Shown here one piece after another: positions 18,537 to 28,743 of a DNA stretch of 64,000 bases. The notes beneath the pieces were generated by a model, which did no database searches, had not been told where the DNA came from, and saw only the letters and a list, made by a program, of their open reading frames with translations. Origin of the DNA: Patescibacteria group bacterium (lineage in GTDB: Bacteria > Patescibacteriota > Patescibacteriia > UBA10025 > JAHIVO01); the NCBI GenBank assembly GCA_041660605.1, contig JBAZWB010000001.1, positions 201,295 through 265,294 on the forward strand. Reading direction: 5' to 3'. The number at the start of each line of letters is the position of its first letter. The stretch's first letter is position 1. Made by a program: the position numbers and the translations under genes.

Positions 18537-20318
18537 ATGGAAATACGGAATATTGCTATCATTGCGCATGTTGATCACGGGAAAACATTGCTGACCGATT
18601 CGATCTTACGCCAAACCGGCATGGTCACCGATGAAAGCGTCAGCATGGATTCCAATGCCCTGGAAAAAGAGCGCGGCATTACGATTTATTCAAAAAATAC
18701 CTCGGTCTTTTATCGCGGGACAAAAATTAACATTGTTGATACTCCCGGGCACGCGGATTTCGGCTCAGAAGTGGAGCGCGTGCTGCGTTCAATTGACAGC
18801 GTGCTTCTGGTCGTTGACGCGCAGGAAGGCCCCATGCCTCAGACCCGTTTCGTGCTGAAAAAATCCCTGGAGCTTGGATTAAAACCAATTGTGGTTATAA
18901 ATAAAATAGATAAACCGGCAGCTAATCCGGATCTGGCGCAGGAAGAAGTCTATGAGCTTTTCCTGGATCTGGGCGCTAATGACGAGCAGCTTGATTTTAC
19001 CGTTGTTTACGCGGTCGGACGCGACGGCATTGCCAAATTAAATTTAGCTGACGAGTCAAAAGATCTGACTCCGCTTCTGGATACTATTTTATTAAAAGTC
19101 CGTCCGGCGCTGGCTGATGTAAATGCGCCATTCCGTTTCCAGCCTTTCAACCTGGCTTATGATAATTTTTTAGGCCGTCTGGCAATCGGCAGGATGTATG
19201 AGGGCACGCTTAAAAACGGCCAACCTGCTGTTTTAAAATCAACCAACGGCACGGTTCAGAACGGCAAAATTACCAAGCTATTTTCCTTCAAAGGAATGCA
19301 GCGGCAATCTGTTGAAGAAGCGTATGCCGGCGACATTGTCATGGTGGCCGGGTTTCCGGAAATTGATATTGGCGATACGATCTGCCAGAGTGCAGAACAA
19401 GCGGCTTTACCAGCCATTACCATTGATGAGCCGACTATTTCCCTGAATTTTTTAGTGAATAATTCGCCGTTTGGCGGACGCGAGGGGACCTACGTGACCA
19501 GCCGGCAATTGCGTGAGCGTTTGAAAAAGGAGCTAGAGGTTAATGTCGGCCTGAGGATAGATTTTTCGCATGACTCATTCAAAGTCTATGGCCGGGGCGA
19601 GCTGCATATCTCCATTCTGCTGGAAAATATGCGGCGCGAAGGCTATGAAATGCAGGTTTCCCAGCCGCAGGTAATTATCAAGGAAATTGACGGCCACAAG
19701 CAGGAGCCGTTTGAAGAGGTGACGGTTGACGTGCCCGAAGCCCTGTCCGGTCCGGTCATTGAAAAACTGGGAAAACGCAAGGGCGTAATGGAAAATATGA
19801 AGAATGAAGCTGGCCAGGCCCGGATGATTTTTTCCATACCCACGCGCGGTTTGCTCGGCTATCGCAGCGAATTTATCGTGGATACAAAAGGCGAGGGCAT
19901 CCTCTGCTCGCGCTTTATCGGATTCCGCCCGTATGCCGGCGAATTTAAGAAACGCGATGTCGGCTCGATGATTTCCATGATTACCGGCAAAGCGCTCGGT
20001 TATTCATTGAATGGTCTGCAGGAGCGCGGAACATTATATATTTTGCCGGCCACGGAAGTGTATGAGGGCATGGTCATTGGCAATACCTCCAAAGGAATTG
20101 ATATGGCCGTGAATCCTATCAAAGGCAAGCGCCTGACCAATATGCGCGCTTCCGGAACCGATGACGCCATCCAACTGGCACCGCCGATTGCTTTAACTAT
20201 CGAACGCGGGTTGGAAATCATGGCGGAGGACGAGTATCTGGAGATCACGCCAAAAAGCGTTCGTCTGCGCAAACAGTTTCTGACAGAACTGGAACGAAAC
20301 AGGACCAGGCGGAAGTAG
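18537..20318 (+). CDS. typA: Translational GTPase TypA/BipA
   Basis: '[14 protein letters not shown]', '[19 protein letters not shown]', 'NKIDK' and EF-G-like C-terminal domains; 593 aa. Confidence 0.9.
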   Translation: MEIRNIAIIAHVDHGKTLLTDSILRQTGMVTDESVSMDSNALEKERGITIYSKNTSVFYRGTKINIVDTPGHADFGSEVERVLRSIDSVLLVVDAQEGPMPQTRFVLKKSLELGLKPIVVINKIDKPAANPDLAQEEVYELFLDLGANDEQLDFTVVYAVGRDGIAKLNLADESKDLTPLLDTILLKVRPALADVNAPFRFQPFNLAYDNFLGRLAIGRMYEGTLKNGQPAVLKSTNGTVQNGKITKLFSFKGMQRQSVEEAYAGDIVMVAGFPEIDIGDTICQSAEQAALPAITIDEPTISLNFLVNNSPFGGREGTYVTSRQLRERLKKELEVNVGLRIDFSHDSFKVYGRGELHISILLENMRREGYEMQVSQPQVIIKEIDGHKQEPFEEVTVDVPEALSGPVIEKLGKRKGVMENMKNEAGQARMIFSIPTRGLLGYRSEFIVDTKGEGILCSRFIGFRPYAGEFKKRDVGSMISMITGKALGYSLNGLQERGTLYILPATEVYEGMVIGNTSKGIDMAVNPIKGKRLTNMRASGTDDAIQLAPPIALTIERGLEIMAEDEYLEITPKSVRLRKQFLTELERNRTRRK

Positions 20319-20444
20319 GTTGGGTCTTATAGTATAAAATAGATACTGCAAGTAAGGTTTAAACTAACTTATAGTTTGTTTTACGAAAAAAGAAGCTTGC
20401 TTGATATCCCGGCAAAACCGAATCTGGAAAAATAATTGAAAAAG

Positions 20445-20475
20445 ATTAATGTGAATTGGTATAAGTAGGGATTAA
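20445..20475. repeat. 31-nt imperfect direct repeat, copy 1 (attaatgtgaattggtataagtagggattaa)
   Basis: 27 of 31 nt match copy 2 at 22231..22261. The two copies flank the DUF4143 ATPase gene. Confidence 0.55.
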
Positions 20476-20766
20476 AAAATATTAACGCGGGATTACCTCT
20501 GATTGGTGATGCTGAATTTTTTAGTTTGACCAGTCTGGGGCTAACCTTTATTATACGTTCAATTTCTACTCTCAATGTATAGAGGCACCTTAACCTCAGT
20601 GGTTTACTTTGCTTAAAAACAATAAGGATTACCGCTTCGCAGCATCTTTAGTAAATATGGTGAAAACGCCTTTATTACCGGCCTAAAGAGGACACTTGAC
20701 TTTTCTATATCAGTAGAGTAATATAGTAAGTGATGTTACTATATCAGCTTAAAAAGATAGAAAAAT

Positions 20767-22200
20767 ATGGAAGAAATTCTTAAATATGTTCAAAACCAAC
20801 TTGTTCAGGCGCCTTTCCGTCTTAGATCCTACATCCAGGATGAGCAAGGTAAAAAATATCCCCAAAGAAATATTTACGTTAAAATCGATAAGTACTTTTT
20901 GGATTTTTTGCATAATCCAAGCGCTCGAGACCGCTGGATTGTAATTCCGGGACTCCGTGGCGTTGGTAAAACCACAATTCTCGCACAGCTTTTTTTAAAC
21001 CACTATCAAGAAGCTGGCGATCGGAGAATGCTTTATGTCTCATTAGATGAAGTTGTAAATGTAATTGGCTCGTCGCTGAAAGATGTCCTGAGTGCATATG
21101 AAAAAATAATTGGTGAAAGTTTTGAAAAGCTCACAAGACCGGTTTTTATTTTTATTGATGAAGCACAATATGATCCTAAGTGGGCATCGGTATTAAAGTC
21201 GGTGTATGACCGGTCAAATAAAGTCTTTGTTGCATGTAGCGGTTCATCGGCCGTTTCCCTGCAGACTAACCCTGATGTTATCCGGCGATCCATTTTCGAA
21301 AAGCTCTTCCCGACCAGCTTTTCTGAATTCTTAATGATTCGTGACAATAAGTTTCCGGTTACGGGTCTTAAGAAAAACATAAAAGACGCTTTATTCAACG
21401 CCGACTCCGCTAAAGACGCTTATGAAAAGCTAAAAAGATGCGAACAAAGCGTAGTGAGCGCCTGGTCATCTATAGATCGCCATTATGTTGATGAATATTT
21501 AAAAATCGGCACTTTACCGTTTGCTATCCGGATTAAAGACGAAGTACGAGTGTACCAAACCATTACTTTGTTATTAGATAAAGTAATCAATCAAGACGTG
21601 CAGGGCTTGGGTCGTTTTGATACCAAAACACTCGTCCATATCAAAAGGGTATTGTTTTTGTTAGCCGAATCCGACGTGGTGAGTATTCAAAAACTCGCCA
21701 AGACGCTTGGGACCAGCATAAACACTATTTCTAATATTCTTGAAGTGTTGGAGCAGGCGGAGTTGCTGATTCGCATTATGCCTTATGGTTCGAATGCAAA
21801 AAAAGTCAGGAAGCCGTCACGCTATCAATTCATGTCTAGCGCAATGCGCTCGGCATTTCTTTCCGTTGCCGGCAACGAACAGATTTTTGCCGGTCAGAAA
21901 GGCCGGCTTATGGAGGATATCGTCGCGATGACCTTGTATCGGGAATTCGTAGCCAATAGCCGCGGTGCATTAAATTATGACAGTTCAAGAGCTGGCGCTG
22001 ATTTCATTCTGACCATTGCCGGTAAAAATATTATTCCAATTGAAGTTGGCATGGGTGAAAAGCTGGGCACGCAAGTGCGAAGCACGATGAAAAAAGTCGG
22101 ATCAGCCAGGTATGGCGTAGTAATTTGCCGTAACACGCTCACATTGCTAGAGGATGCGAATGTAGTTAAAGTCCCACTGGATTTCTTTCTCTTAATATAA
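20767..22200 (+). CDS. AAA+ superfamily ATPase of the COG1373 / DUF4143 type
   Basis: Walker A 'IPGLRGVGKTT', Walker B 'IFIDEAQY'; C-terminal region typical of DUF4143 proteins. Confidence 0.6.
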   Translation: MEEILKYVQNQLVQAPFRLRSYIQDEQGKKYPQRNIYVKIDKYFLDFLHNPSARDRWIVIPGLRGVGKTTILAQLFLNHYQEAGDRRMLYVSLDEVVNVIGSSLKDVLSAYEKIIGESFEKLTRPVFIFIDEAQYDPKWASVLKSVYDRSNKVFVACSGSSAVSLQTNPDVIRRSIFEKLFPTSFSEFLMIRDNKFPVTGLKKNIKDALFNADSAKDAYEKLKRCEQSVVSAWSSIDRHYVDEYLKIGTLPFAIRIKDEVRVYQTITLLLDKVINQDVQGLGRFDTKTLVHIKRVLFLLAESDVVSIQKLAKTLGTSINTISNILEVLEQAELLIRIMPYGSNAKKVRKPSRYQFMSSAMRSAFLSVAGNEQIFAGQKGRLMEDIVAMTLYREFVANSRGALNYDSSRAGADFILTIAGKNIIPIEVGMGEKLGTQVRSTMKKVGSARYGVVICRNTLTLLEDANVVKVPLDFFLLI

Positions 22201-22230
22201 GCAGGTATTACTAAAATAGGCATGAAAAAA

Positions 22231-22261
22231 ATTAATCCTGATTGGTATAAATAGGGATTAA
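22231..22261. repeat. 31-nt imperfect direct repeat, copy 2 (attaatcctgattggtataaatagggattaa)
   Basis: See copy 1. Confidence 0.55.
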
Positions 22262-22280
22262 TTTTAGTATTGATAGGTCG

Positions 22281-22625
22281 CTACTGAAGGGCGTCAAAGC
22301 ATTTGGCACAGAAATATTTTTTTGTGCCGGTTTTTGATTCTCCCAGGTACGCCTGGCTGCCTTTCGCTATCTCGTTATGGCAGCGCTCGCAGGCCGTGTC
22401 CTTGGCGAGGATGATTTTCTGGTAGTGCAGCATGTTACCGCTGCTTTTTTCCTCGTTACCGAAAATATCCTGTTTAATGTCTTTGAAAATTTCGTAACTG
22501 TCGTTCAGCGTTTTTCTCACCAGGCTGGATAAAGATTCGCTTTCTTCTTTCGCTTTGGCTTTCAGCTTGCGGTAGGTTTCTTTGGAAACCCGGATGTTGA
22601 TAATGTATTCCTTGTTGTTGTCCAT
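22281..22625 (-). CDS. Small protein with an N-terminal ribbon-helix-helix-like segment and a C-terminal CxxC...CxxC zinc ribbon (114 aa)
   Basis: 'INIRVSKETYRKLKAKAKEESESLSSLVRKTL' followed by 'CERCH...CAKC'. Confidence 0.4.
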   Translation of the reverse strand: MDNNKEYIINIRVSKETYRKLKAKAKEESESLSSLVRKTLNDSYEIFKDIKQDIFGNEEKSSGNMLHYQKIILAKDTACERCHNEIAKGSQAYLGESKTGTKKYFCAKCFDALQ

Positions 22626-22660
22626 ATTATTTATATTAATGATTTAATGTTGCAGTTGTG

Positions 22661-24079
22661 TTATTTTTGTTGGGTGCCGTCAAACGGCGTTTTTACCGCG
22701 GCGGCAATGCGTGAGAGCGCAGCCAGCGGATTTTCCAGAAAACTGACGATCATTTCCGGCGTCCGTCCGGCTTCCCGGCTGAGAGCATAAGCCAGCCGCA
22801 GCCAGTCGCCGTTGGTTATGTTTTTAATGGTTTCCTTGATAGCCTGCCTTTTTAGCTCCACTCCGACTATGTCCAAGGTGGTCTGCTCCGGCAGGTAGGT
22901 GCGGGCCAAGCCGTCCAGCACCAGGTTGGTCCGGCCGAAAGTCGTTAAAAAAAGTGGAAATTTTATCCTGTGCTTGATCATTATTTTGGTAAATTCCATG
23001 AACCAGAAGCCCAGGCCCTCGTTCTGCGATTGCTCCAGGTAAATTTCCAGGTCTGGTTTTAATGTGGCGGCATATTTCCCGTAGCTGACGCCGGTCATCT
23101 GCGTGGCGATTCTGACGGTTCTTTCTATGTCTCTCAGATAAACGGCGATGATGAGGCTTTTGCACATCTCTATTTCCTTTCTGGACAATTCGGATACCAG
23201 GCCGCAATCGATGTTGGCGACGTCGCCGTGCGGCAGTGCCATGACGTTGGAAAGGTGTGGATCTCCCTGGAACAGGTAAGTGGGAATGTCGTCGCGGAAC
23301 CAGTTGCGCATGGCCGCGTTAATGTAGGTTTTCAGGCTTTTCTCAATGTCGTAGTCGGGGTTGGCCAGGATCTCGTCTTTCCGGCTCATGGGTATGCCGT
23401 CAACAAAATCCATGACCACGACGTTTTCCGTACACAGATTTTCGTGCGGCGCCATGAAGACTCCCTTGCCCAGGTCGCTGCGAAAATTAACGGCTCCGAA
23501 ATCGTACTGCTCCCTGATCCTCCTCATGTTCTTCGCCTCCAGGACGAAGTTCAGGTCTTGCCTGATCCAGCTTTCAAACTGGCCGACCAGCTCAGTGATC
23601 TGCACGTGGCGCAGGGTAGGGGAGAACAGGGCAGCGACGCGTGACAGTATTTTTAATATTTTTATGTCCTCGAGGAATTTATCATCAACGCCCGGACGTT
23701 TGACTTTAACGGCCACCACCGAGCCATCCGGCAGTACGGCTTTGTGAACCTGGCTGACCGAGGCTGAACCCAGAGGCACGGCTTCAAGCACGCGAAAAAC
23801 TTCGCGCCAGGGGCGTCCGTATTCTTTTTTAATAATTTCTACGATGTTGTTAAATTCAATCGGCTTGACCCGGTCCAGCAGTTCCTGCAATGATTCGCAG
23901 TCTTTCCGGGAAAGCAAATCATACCTCATGGAAAGGATCTGGCCGATTTTGATGAACGTCAGTCCCAGTTCCTCAAAGGCTATCTTCAGGCGCCTGCCGA
24001 AGTTTTGTCGGCGCGCAGAAGTGAATCCGTAAAAAACGGTATATTTGGATAATATCCAACAGATTTGGATTATTCGCAT
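22661..24079 (-). CDS. ABC1/UbiB-family atypical protein kinase
   Basis: 'PLGSASVSQVHKAVLPDGSVVAVKVKRPG' (ABC1 glycine-rich loop region) and 'DPHLSNVM'; 472 aa. Confidence 0.7.
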   Translation of the reverse strand: MRIIQICWILSKYTVFYGFTSARRQNFGRRLKIAFEELGLTFIKIGQILSMRYDLLSRKDCESLQELLDRVKPIEFNNIVEIIKKEYGRPWREVFRVLEAVPLGSASVSQVHKAVLPDGSVVAVKVKRPGVDDKFLEDIKILKILSRVAALFSPTLRHVQITELVGQFESWIRQDLNFVLEAKNMRRIREQYDFGAVNFRSDLGKGVFMAPHENLCTENVVVMDFVDGIPMSRKDEILANPDYDIEKSLKTYINAAMRNWFRDDIPTYLFQGDPHLSNVMALPHGDVANIDCGLVSELSRKEIEMCKSLIIAVYLRDIERTVRIATQMTGVSYGKYAATLKPDLEIYLEQSQNEGLGFWFMEFTKIMIKHRIKFPLFLTTFGRTNLVLDGLARTYLPEQTTLDIVGVELKRQAIKETIKNITNGDWLRLAYALSREAGRTPEMIVSFLENPLAALSRIAAAVKTPFDGTQQK

Positions 24080-24313
24080 ATAGTTAAAATTTGTATTACA
24101 ATTGTATTACAAATGTTTATGCAAGTCAAGCTATATTCTGCAGTACAAGAAAAACATCCTCAACTAAAGACTGGTCTACCTCCTGGTGGGGGGTTAATGG
24201 TTGAATGATTTCCTTCAGAGCTTGCAAAAATACTGAATCTTAGCTAAAATCTAAGTGTTTTTTACGTTTGATCGAGGTTTCAACAAACAACTACCATATT
24301 ATAAAATCGCTAA

Positions 24314-24332
24314 GTAAGGTTTGAATCCTTAC
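24314..24332 (+). promoter_or_regulatory. Perfect 6-bp stem hairpin (gtaagg-tttgaat-ccttac) about 35 nt upstream of the KAP NTPase ATG
   Basis: Inverted repeat read from the sequence. Confidence 0.3.
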
Positions 24333-24366
24333 ATTTTTGCTTCAGGTTATACATTTTCTTAAAATA

Positions 24367-27300
24367 ATGAAGACAATATTTAAGCCAATTCCCATAATGA
24401 GCTTGAACACCCATTTATTGATGATAGTGCTTGGTATTGTTGTATCAGAGGTTTTGTATTTGTCACATACAATTTCGCTGCCGATCAGCCACCGAATAAT
24501 AGAAGGGGGGCATGAATATTTATCACCCATTTTAATCAGCTTAGGTATTTTATTGCTTCTTTTCTACTTAGTTAAAAGGGATTTTTTTAAAAGATCAATT
24601 ATTATATTAAAAAGTGGACGATGGGAATTATTAATCCCAATTGCTTTTGGAATTATTATCAGTGTGTCCTTTGGTGGGGTTGGTACGAAAATATATTCCG
24701 CAATTGCATCGTCACTCAACATCTTCCAGCTAATTATTTTTACTTCACTACCCTTCATTGTCGTACTTCTGATTCTTTTGAGTGGTCTAAATGAATATAT
24801 TTGGCACTATAAAAGGGGAAATCAAACTGCACCATTCTTTATTAGTGATGAGGAAAAAGAGGAACTAGAGGATGATCAGCTAGGGTATTCTAAACTTTCA
24901 GAAAAATTCGCTGACAGAATATTAAACCGAGGATCAGTAGATAGCTTGGTTTTTGGTATTGACGCTCCTTGGGGAGTTGGGAAGTCTACCTTCATTAATT
25001 TTTGTATACAATATTGGAAAAAGTCCGAAAACACACAACCAATTATCTATAAATTCAATCCCATCAGGTATGAAGATAAAAATAAACTCATAGAGAAGTT
25101 TGTGGATGGGTTAATCCGAAGTATTCAGAAAGAGATATTTTTGCCAGAAATCAAACCCCTTCTATCCAGGTATACGTATTTATTTAGAAAAACAAAGGCT
25201 ACCTTCTCTTTTTTTGGTATTAATGTCGAATTGTTTTCTAGTGGATACACAGCGGATGACGCATTAGAGGATCTGAAATTGGTACTTAACGGATTTAATA
25301 GAAAAATAATTATTATTGTTGATGACTTGGATAGACTTAACTTTTCTACCATTAAAGATGTTCTATTTGCAATAAATAAGAGTTTTGCACTACCCAATAT
25401 CTCATATGTTTTATGTTATGATACGGCAAACATTAATGCCTTAGAAAAAGAAAAACCTGAAATTGAGAAAATAAGTGAGTTTTTTGAAAAATTTGTAAAC
25501 ATTAAAATAAATCTTTATATTGATAGCGATAAACTCAAAAACTTTATTTCCGAAAGTCAAATCTCTCTTCAAAGTCATAACCCCCAAGTAGACCCCCTTC
25601 TTGTCGGGCAAGCAATGGGGGGGCTAAAAGACATTTTCAACTCAAACGAATACTATAATTATTCACCTTTCATTGGAGATATTAGAAAGTTAAAGCGATT
25701 AATGAATACCGTGATGTTATTGGAAATAGAAAAAACTGATTTTAAAAATAGTGACTTCAACAAAGAAGACCTGGCCCACCTTTTACTCCTATATATTAAT
25801 TACCCAAATATATTTAGAAAAGTATACTACACAGAGACACAGGGAAGAAGAGGATTCTTTTCTGCAGTAACCCCATTTGATATGGCAGACTACCCTAAGG
25901 AAAATGGAAGATCGCCATTTGATGAAAAAGAATTTAAAAATTCTATAAAGTATACAGAGTATATTAAAAGTCTATCATCCATTGAACAACGATTCTTGTT
26001 AAATAAAATTTTTAATGTGGCTGCAAGGCTTCCAAGTGGGGCACGAATTGATGGGATTACGGAAGAGATAAAAAAATCTTATGCATGCTTTAATGGCAGC
26101 CCCTTTTCAGGTAGTGGGAACAACTTGGAAGAGTATCTTAACCTTATTGTTAACCAGTCTAAACCACAAAAAGAAATTCAATATAGATTTTACTTAAATA
26201 AGATCAATGAAATTAAACAAGGAACGCCAATTGATCGGATACTAGCAGAACAAGAATTCGCAATCGAAAAAGGCGAAATGTGCCAGGAGCATCTTTGGAG
26301 AGCAATTCTTAACAGCCTATACGAATTTAACGGAGAAACAGGAAGGCAATTAATAACGTATGTTTTGACGAATATCCACCATTATTCATTCTTTACCAAT
26401 AAAAAGATTGGAGTCGGTTTTAGGGACGACTTAAGTTTATACCTGGTAAAAATGCTAGACACTGATGGCTGGGTTGACCAAAACGGTGGTCATCGTAGGA
26501 ATGACAACAACAATATCAAAGAGATTGCTGAATGGGTCTTTGGTGAGGGAAGGCATGCCAATGATGGAGTTATTCAGACGCTATCCAGTGAAGACAGGGG
26601 CGTGCTCGGGCTTTACGATTTACTTTGTTTTAGACTCTTTTGTAGCGCCGATCGGGGCGGAGATATTTTTAATGTAAGTCGAGCCATCGCATTGCATGGG
26701 GATCCTAAAGCTCCAACTGATGGCCCAACAAAGGACATTGCAGTTGAGGAAATGAGAGAAATTTCGCAGAAGGTATTTCAAATTTTCAACAAACAATATA
26801 TAGACACAAATACTAATATACTTAAACAAATTGACGAACTAAAGCTATCAGATATTACGGGTAGATACGATAGTCTTATACAAACAAAGATCCAGGCTGG
26901 GGAGATTGAAGATGTTGATGCCACAGTTGGTCGTCACATAACCCAGATAAAATCCTTTACTGTCTATCAGTTGGGTAATTCCGAAATTTTTTCGGGTATT
27001 GGTTGTGGTTATTATGACCCAGAAGGACAAGACGATGACCAGGGGATAAAAAAACTCATCAATGACTACCTATTTAATATTTGTTTTAACCCAAGCTTTG
27101 ATAGTGAAAATTATAAGAGGTTTTTGGATTATTTGCTTATTCATTTTGCTAATGTATCTGAACGTGACGGGCATGGGTATATCCCCCATATCAATGAATT
27201 CACCAAAGTTTTAATAAAAGAGAGGCTGGCCCAGTATTGGACTAACAACAATATTGCGATCAAAGAACTGAATCTTACTCAACAAGATAAAAAAATTTAC

Positions 27301-27375
27301 CAAGCCAATTATGTTGCCAATTATAATACTGATTTACAACTAGTGTTTAATGAACTTGATAAGCTTCTTGTTTAG
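24367..27375 (+). CDS. KAP-family P-loop NTPase with an N-terminal 4-TM module and a long helical C-terminal region
   Basis: KAP hallmark Walker A 'GIDAPWGVGKSTF' (G.WG.GKS.F), Walker B 'IIIVDDLDRLN' (hhhhDDLDR) and a KAP-type N-terminus 'DQLGYSKLSEKFADRI'. The gene is AT-rich. The first in-frame ATG is at 24367; the track ORF begins with TTG at 24337. Confidence 0.7.
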   Translation: MKTIFKPIPIMSLNTHLLMIVLGIVVSEVLYLSHTISLPISHRIIEGGHEYLSPILISLGILLLLFYLVKRDFFKRSIIILKSGRWELLIPIAFGIIISVSFGGVGTKIYSAIASSLNIFQLIIFTSLPFIVVLLILLSGLNEYIWHYKRGNQTAPFFISDEEKEELEDDQLGYSKLSEKFADRILNRGSVDSLVFGIDAPWGVGKSTFINFCIQYWKKSENTQPIIYKFNPIRYEDKNKLIEKFVDGLIRSIQKEIFLPEIKPLLSRYTYLFRKTKATFSFFGINVELFSSGYTADDALEDLKLVLNGFNRKIIIIVDDLDRLNFSTIKDVLFAINKSFALPNISYVLCYDTANINALEKEKPEIEKISEFFEKFVNIKINLYIDSDKLKNFISESQISLQSHNPQVDPLLVGQAMGGLKDIFNSNEYYNYSPFIGDIRKLKRLMNTVMLLEIEKTDFKNSDFNKEDLAHLLLLYINYPNIFRKVYYTETQGRRGFFSAVTPFDMADYPKENGRSPFDEKEFKNSIKYTEYIKSLSSIEQRFLLNKIFNVAARLPSGARIDGITEEIKKSYACFNGSPFSGSGNNLEEYLNLIVNQSKPQKEIQYRFYLNKINEIKQGTPIDRILAEQEFAIEKGEMCQEHLWRAILNSLYEFNGETGRQLITYVLTNIHHYSFFTNKKIGVGFRDDLSLYLVKMLDTDGWVDQNGGHRRNDNNNIKEIAEWVFGEGRHANDGVIQTLSSEDRGVLGLYDLLCFRLFCSADRGGDIFNVSRAIALHGDPKAPTDGPTKDIAVEEMREISQKVFQIFNKQYIDTNTNILKQIDELKLSDITGRYDSLIQTKIQAGEIEDVDATVGRHITQIKSFTVYQLGNSEIFSGIGCGYYDPEGQDDDQGIKKLINDYLFNICFNPSFDSENYKRFLDYLLIHFANVSERDGHGYIPHINEFTKVLIKERLAQYWTNNNIAIKELNLTQQDKKIYQANYVANYNTDLQLVFNELDKLLV

Positions 27376-27589
27376 CTGAAAGTTTTAGGAGATACCAGAA
27401 AGGTGGGCTAGTGTTCTCATAAACTTATGAAGTAGCTCAAAAGTGAGTTTTGAGTGATCAGGACGTACCAATAAGTAAAACCATTTAATTATGGAAAGTG
27501 ATTTTTTTGTGCCTAGATTATTATTCCCCTTGACACCCACCTCACCCTGTGATATCATAGTGATATCATTATAATTAACCAATAAAAAC

Positions 27590-28459
27590 ATGACTTCCGA
27601 ACGCGTAACTATGCACCAGCCAGGCATTAAAATGGCTGTGATATTGTTCATTTTACTTGTAATTTGGGTGGGCATATTAATGTGGGCGGGCGTGGCTGAA
27701 AACCCCGTCGTTATAACCGTCGCTACTATTTTAATGCTAGCAACGCTGTTTTGCTGCCGCGGGTTTATCATTGTCAATCCGAACCAAGCGGTAGTGGTCC
27801 AGCTTTTCGGCAAGTATGTCGGCTCCGTCAAGCAGAACGGTTTTTGGTGGGTGAATCCGTTTACCAACCGTAAAATGTTTTCACTCCGAATACACAATTT
27901 CGAAACCGGCAAACTGAAAGTCAATGACCATGACGGCAATCCCATTGAAATCGCGGCCGTGGTTGTCTGGAACGTAATGGATACGGCCGAAGCGGCTTTT
28001 AACGTGGAGGATTACAAAGATTTCGTGCGTGTGCAGAGCGAATCGGCCGTGCGCAATCTGGCCACCTCATTTCCTTATGACGCCCATGATGATGGGAAGC
28101 AATCTCTCCGAAGCAATACCAATGAGATTGCCGGCGAGCTGAAAAAAGAAATTCAGGATCGTTTGTCCAAGGCCGGCATTGAAGTGATAGAGGCGCGCAT
28201 CAGCCACCTGGCTTACGCGCCGGAAATAGCCAGCGCCATGTTAAGGCGGCAGCAGGCGAATGCCATCATCGCCGCGCGACAGCTGATTGTCAAAGGCGCG
28301 GTCAGCATGGTGGAAATGGCGCTGCAGCAGCTGGAAGAATCGAAGATGGTCAAGCTGGATGACGAGAGAAAAGCTTCTATGGTTTCCAATTTACTGGTAG
28401 TCCTGACCAGCGACCGTGACGCGCAGCCAGTGGTCAATACCGGCTCGCTTTACCAATAA
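27590..28459 (+). CDS. SPFH/band-7 (stomatin/prohibitin-like) membrane protein
   Basis: N-terminal TM, then '[33 protein letters not shown]...' and coiled-coil regions typical of the SPFH domain. Confidence 0.7.
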   Translation: MTSERVTMHQPGIKMAVILFILLVIWVGILMWAGVAENPVVITVATILMLATLFCCRGFIIVNPNQAVVVQLFGKYVGSVKQNGFWWVNPFTNRKMFSLRIHNFETGKLKVNDHDGNPIEIAAVVVWNVMDTAEAAFNVEDYKDFVRVQSESAVRNLATSFPYDAHDDGKQSLRSNTNEIAGELKKEIQDRLSKAGIEVIEARISHLAYAPEIASAMLRRQQANAIIAARQLIVKGAVSMVEMALQQLEESKMVKLDDERKASMVSNLLVVLTSDRDAQPVVNTGSLYQ

Positions 28460-28461
28460 TA

Positions 28462-28626
28462 ATGACGGAAAAAAATAAATCAAAACGTTTTCTGCTGCGG
28501 CTGGATGCAGAGGTCTACGATTCCCTGCAGCGGCTGGCGCGCGACGAGTTCCGCAGCGTCAACGGTTTGATTGAATGGATGATTGCGGATGCGTTGAGGA
28601 AGAGGGGACGGTTTAAGAGTAGGTAG
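28462..28626 (+). CDS. Small Arc/MetJ-type ribbon-helix-helix protein (54 aa; absent from the ORF track because it is under 60 aa)
   Basis: 'KRFLLRLDAEVYDSLQRLARDEFRSVNGLIEWMI'. The start is 3 nt after the SPFH stop. Confidence 0.45.
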   Translation: MTEKNKSKRFLLRLDAEVYDSLQRLARDEFRSVNGLIEWMIADALRKRGRFKSR

Positions 28627-28714
28627 TAAGTTGTAAGTAGTGTGTTGTTGGTTGTAGGTGGTAGGTAGCTCTGAGCGAAGGCCCCTGCCTGCGCTCCAAT
28701 CCAAATATAAAAAG

Positions 28715-28743
28715 ACGTCCGTATAAAAAAGCGGGCGTTTTTT
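28715..28743 (+). terminator. Rho-independent terminator-like hairpin plus T-run (acgtccg...cgggcgtttttt)
   Basis: Imperfect 7-bp stem followed by T6. Confidence 0.35.

Noticed and set aside
24305-24340. Possible tRNA suggested by the T-loop-like 'aaggtttgaatcctt'
   Set aside because: No acceptor, D or anticodon arms could be folded around it. It is retained only as a hairpin upstream of the KAP gene.
24337-24366. TTG start for the KAP NTPase, as the ORF track implies
   Set aside because: The first in-frame ATG is at 24367, and the hairpin ends at 24332. ATG at 24367 is the preferred start, though the alternative cannot be excluded.
27385-27945. 186-aa minus-strand ORF overlapping the SPFH gene start
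   Set aside because: It has no motifs, and it overlaps a well-supported SPFH domain gene on the plus strand.
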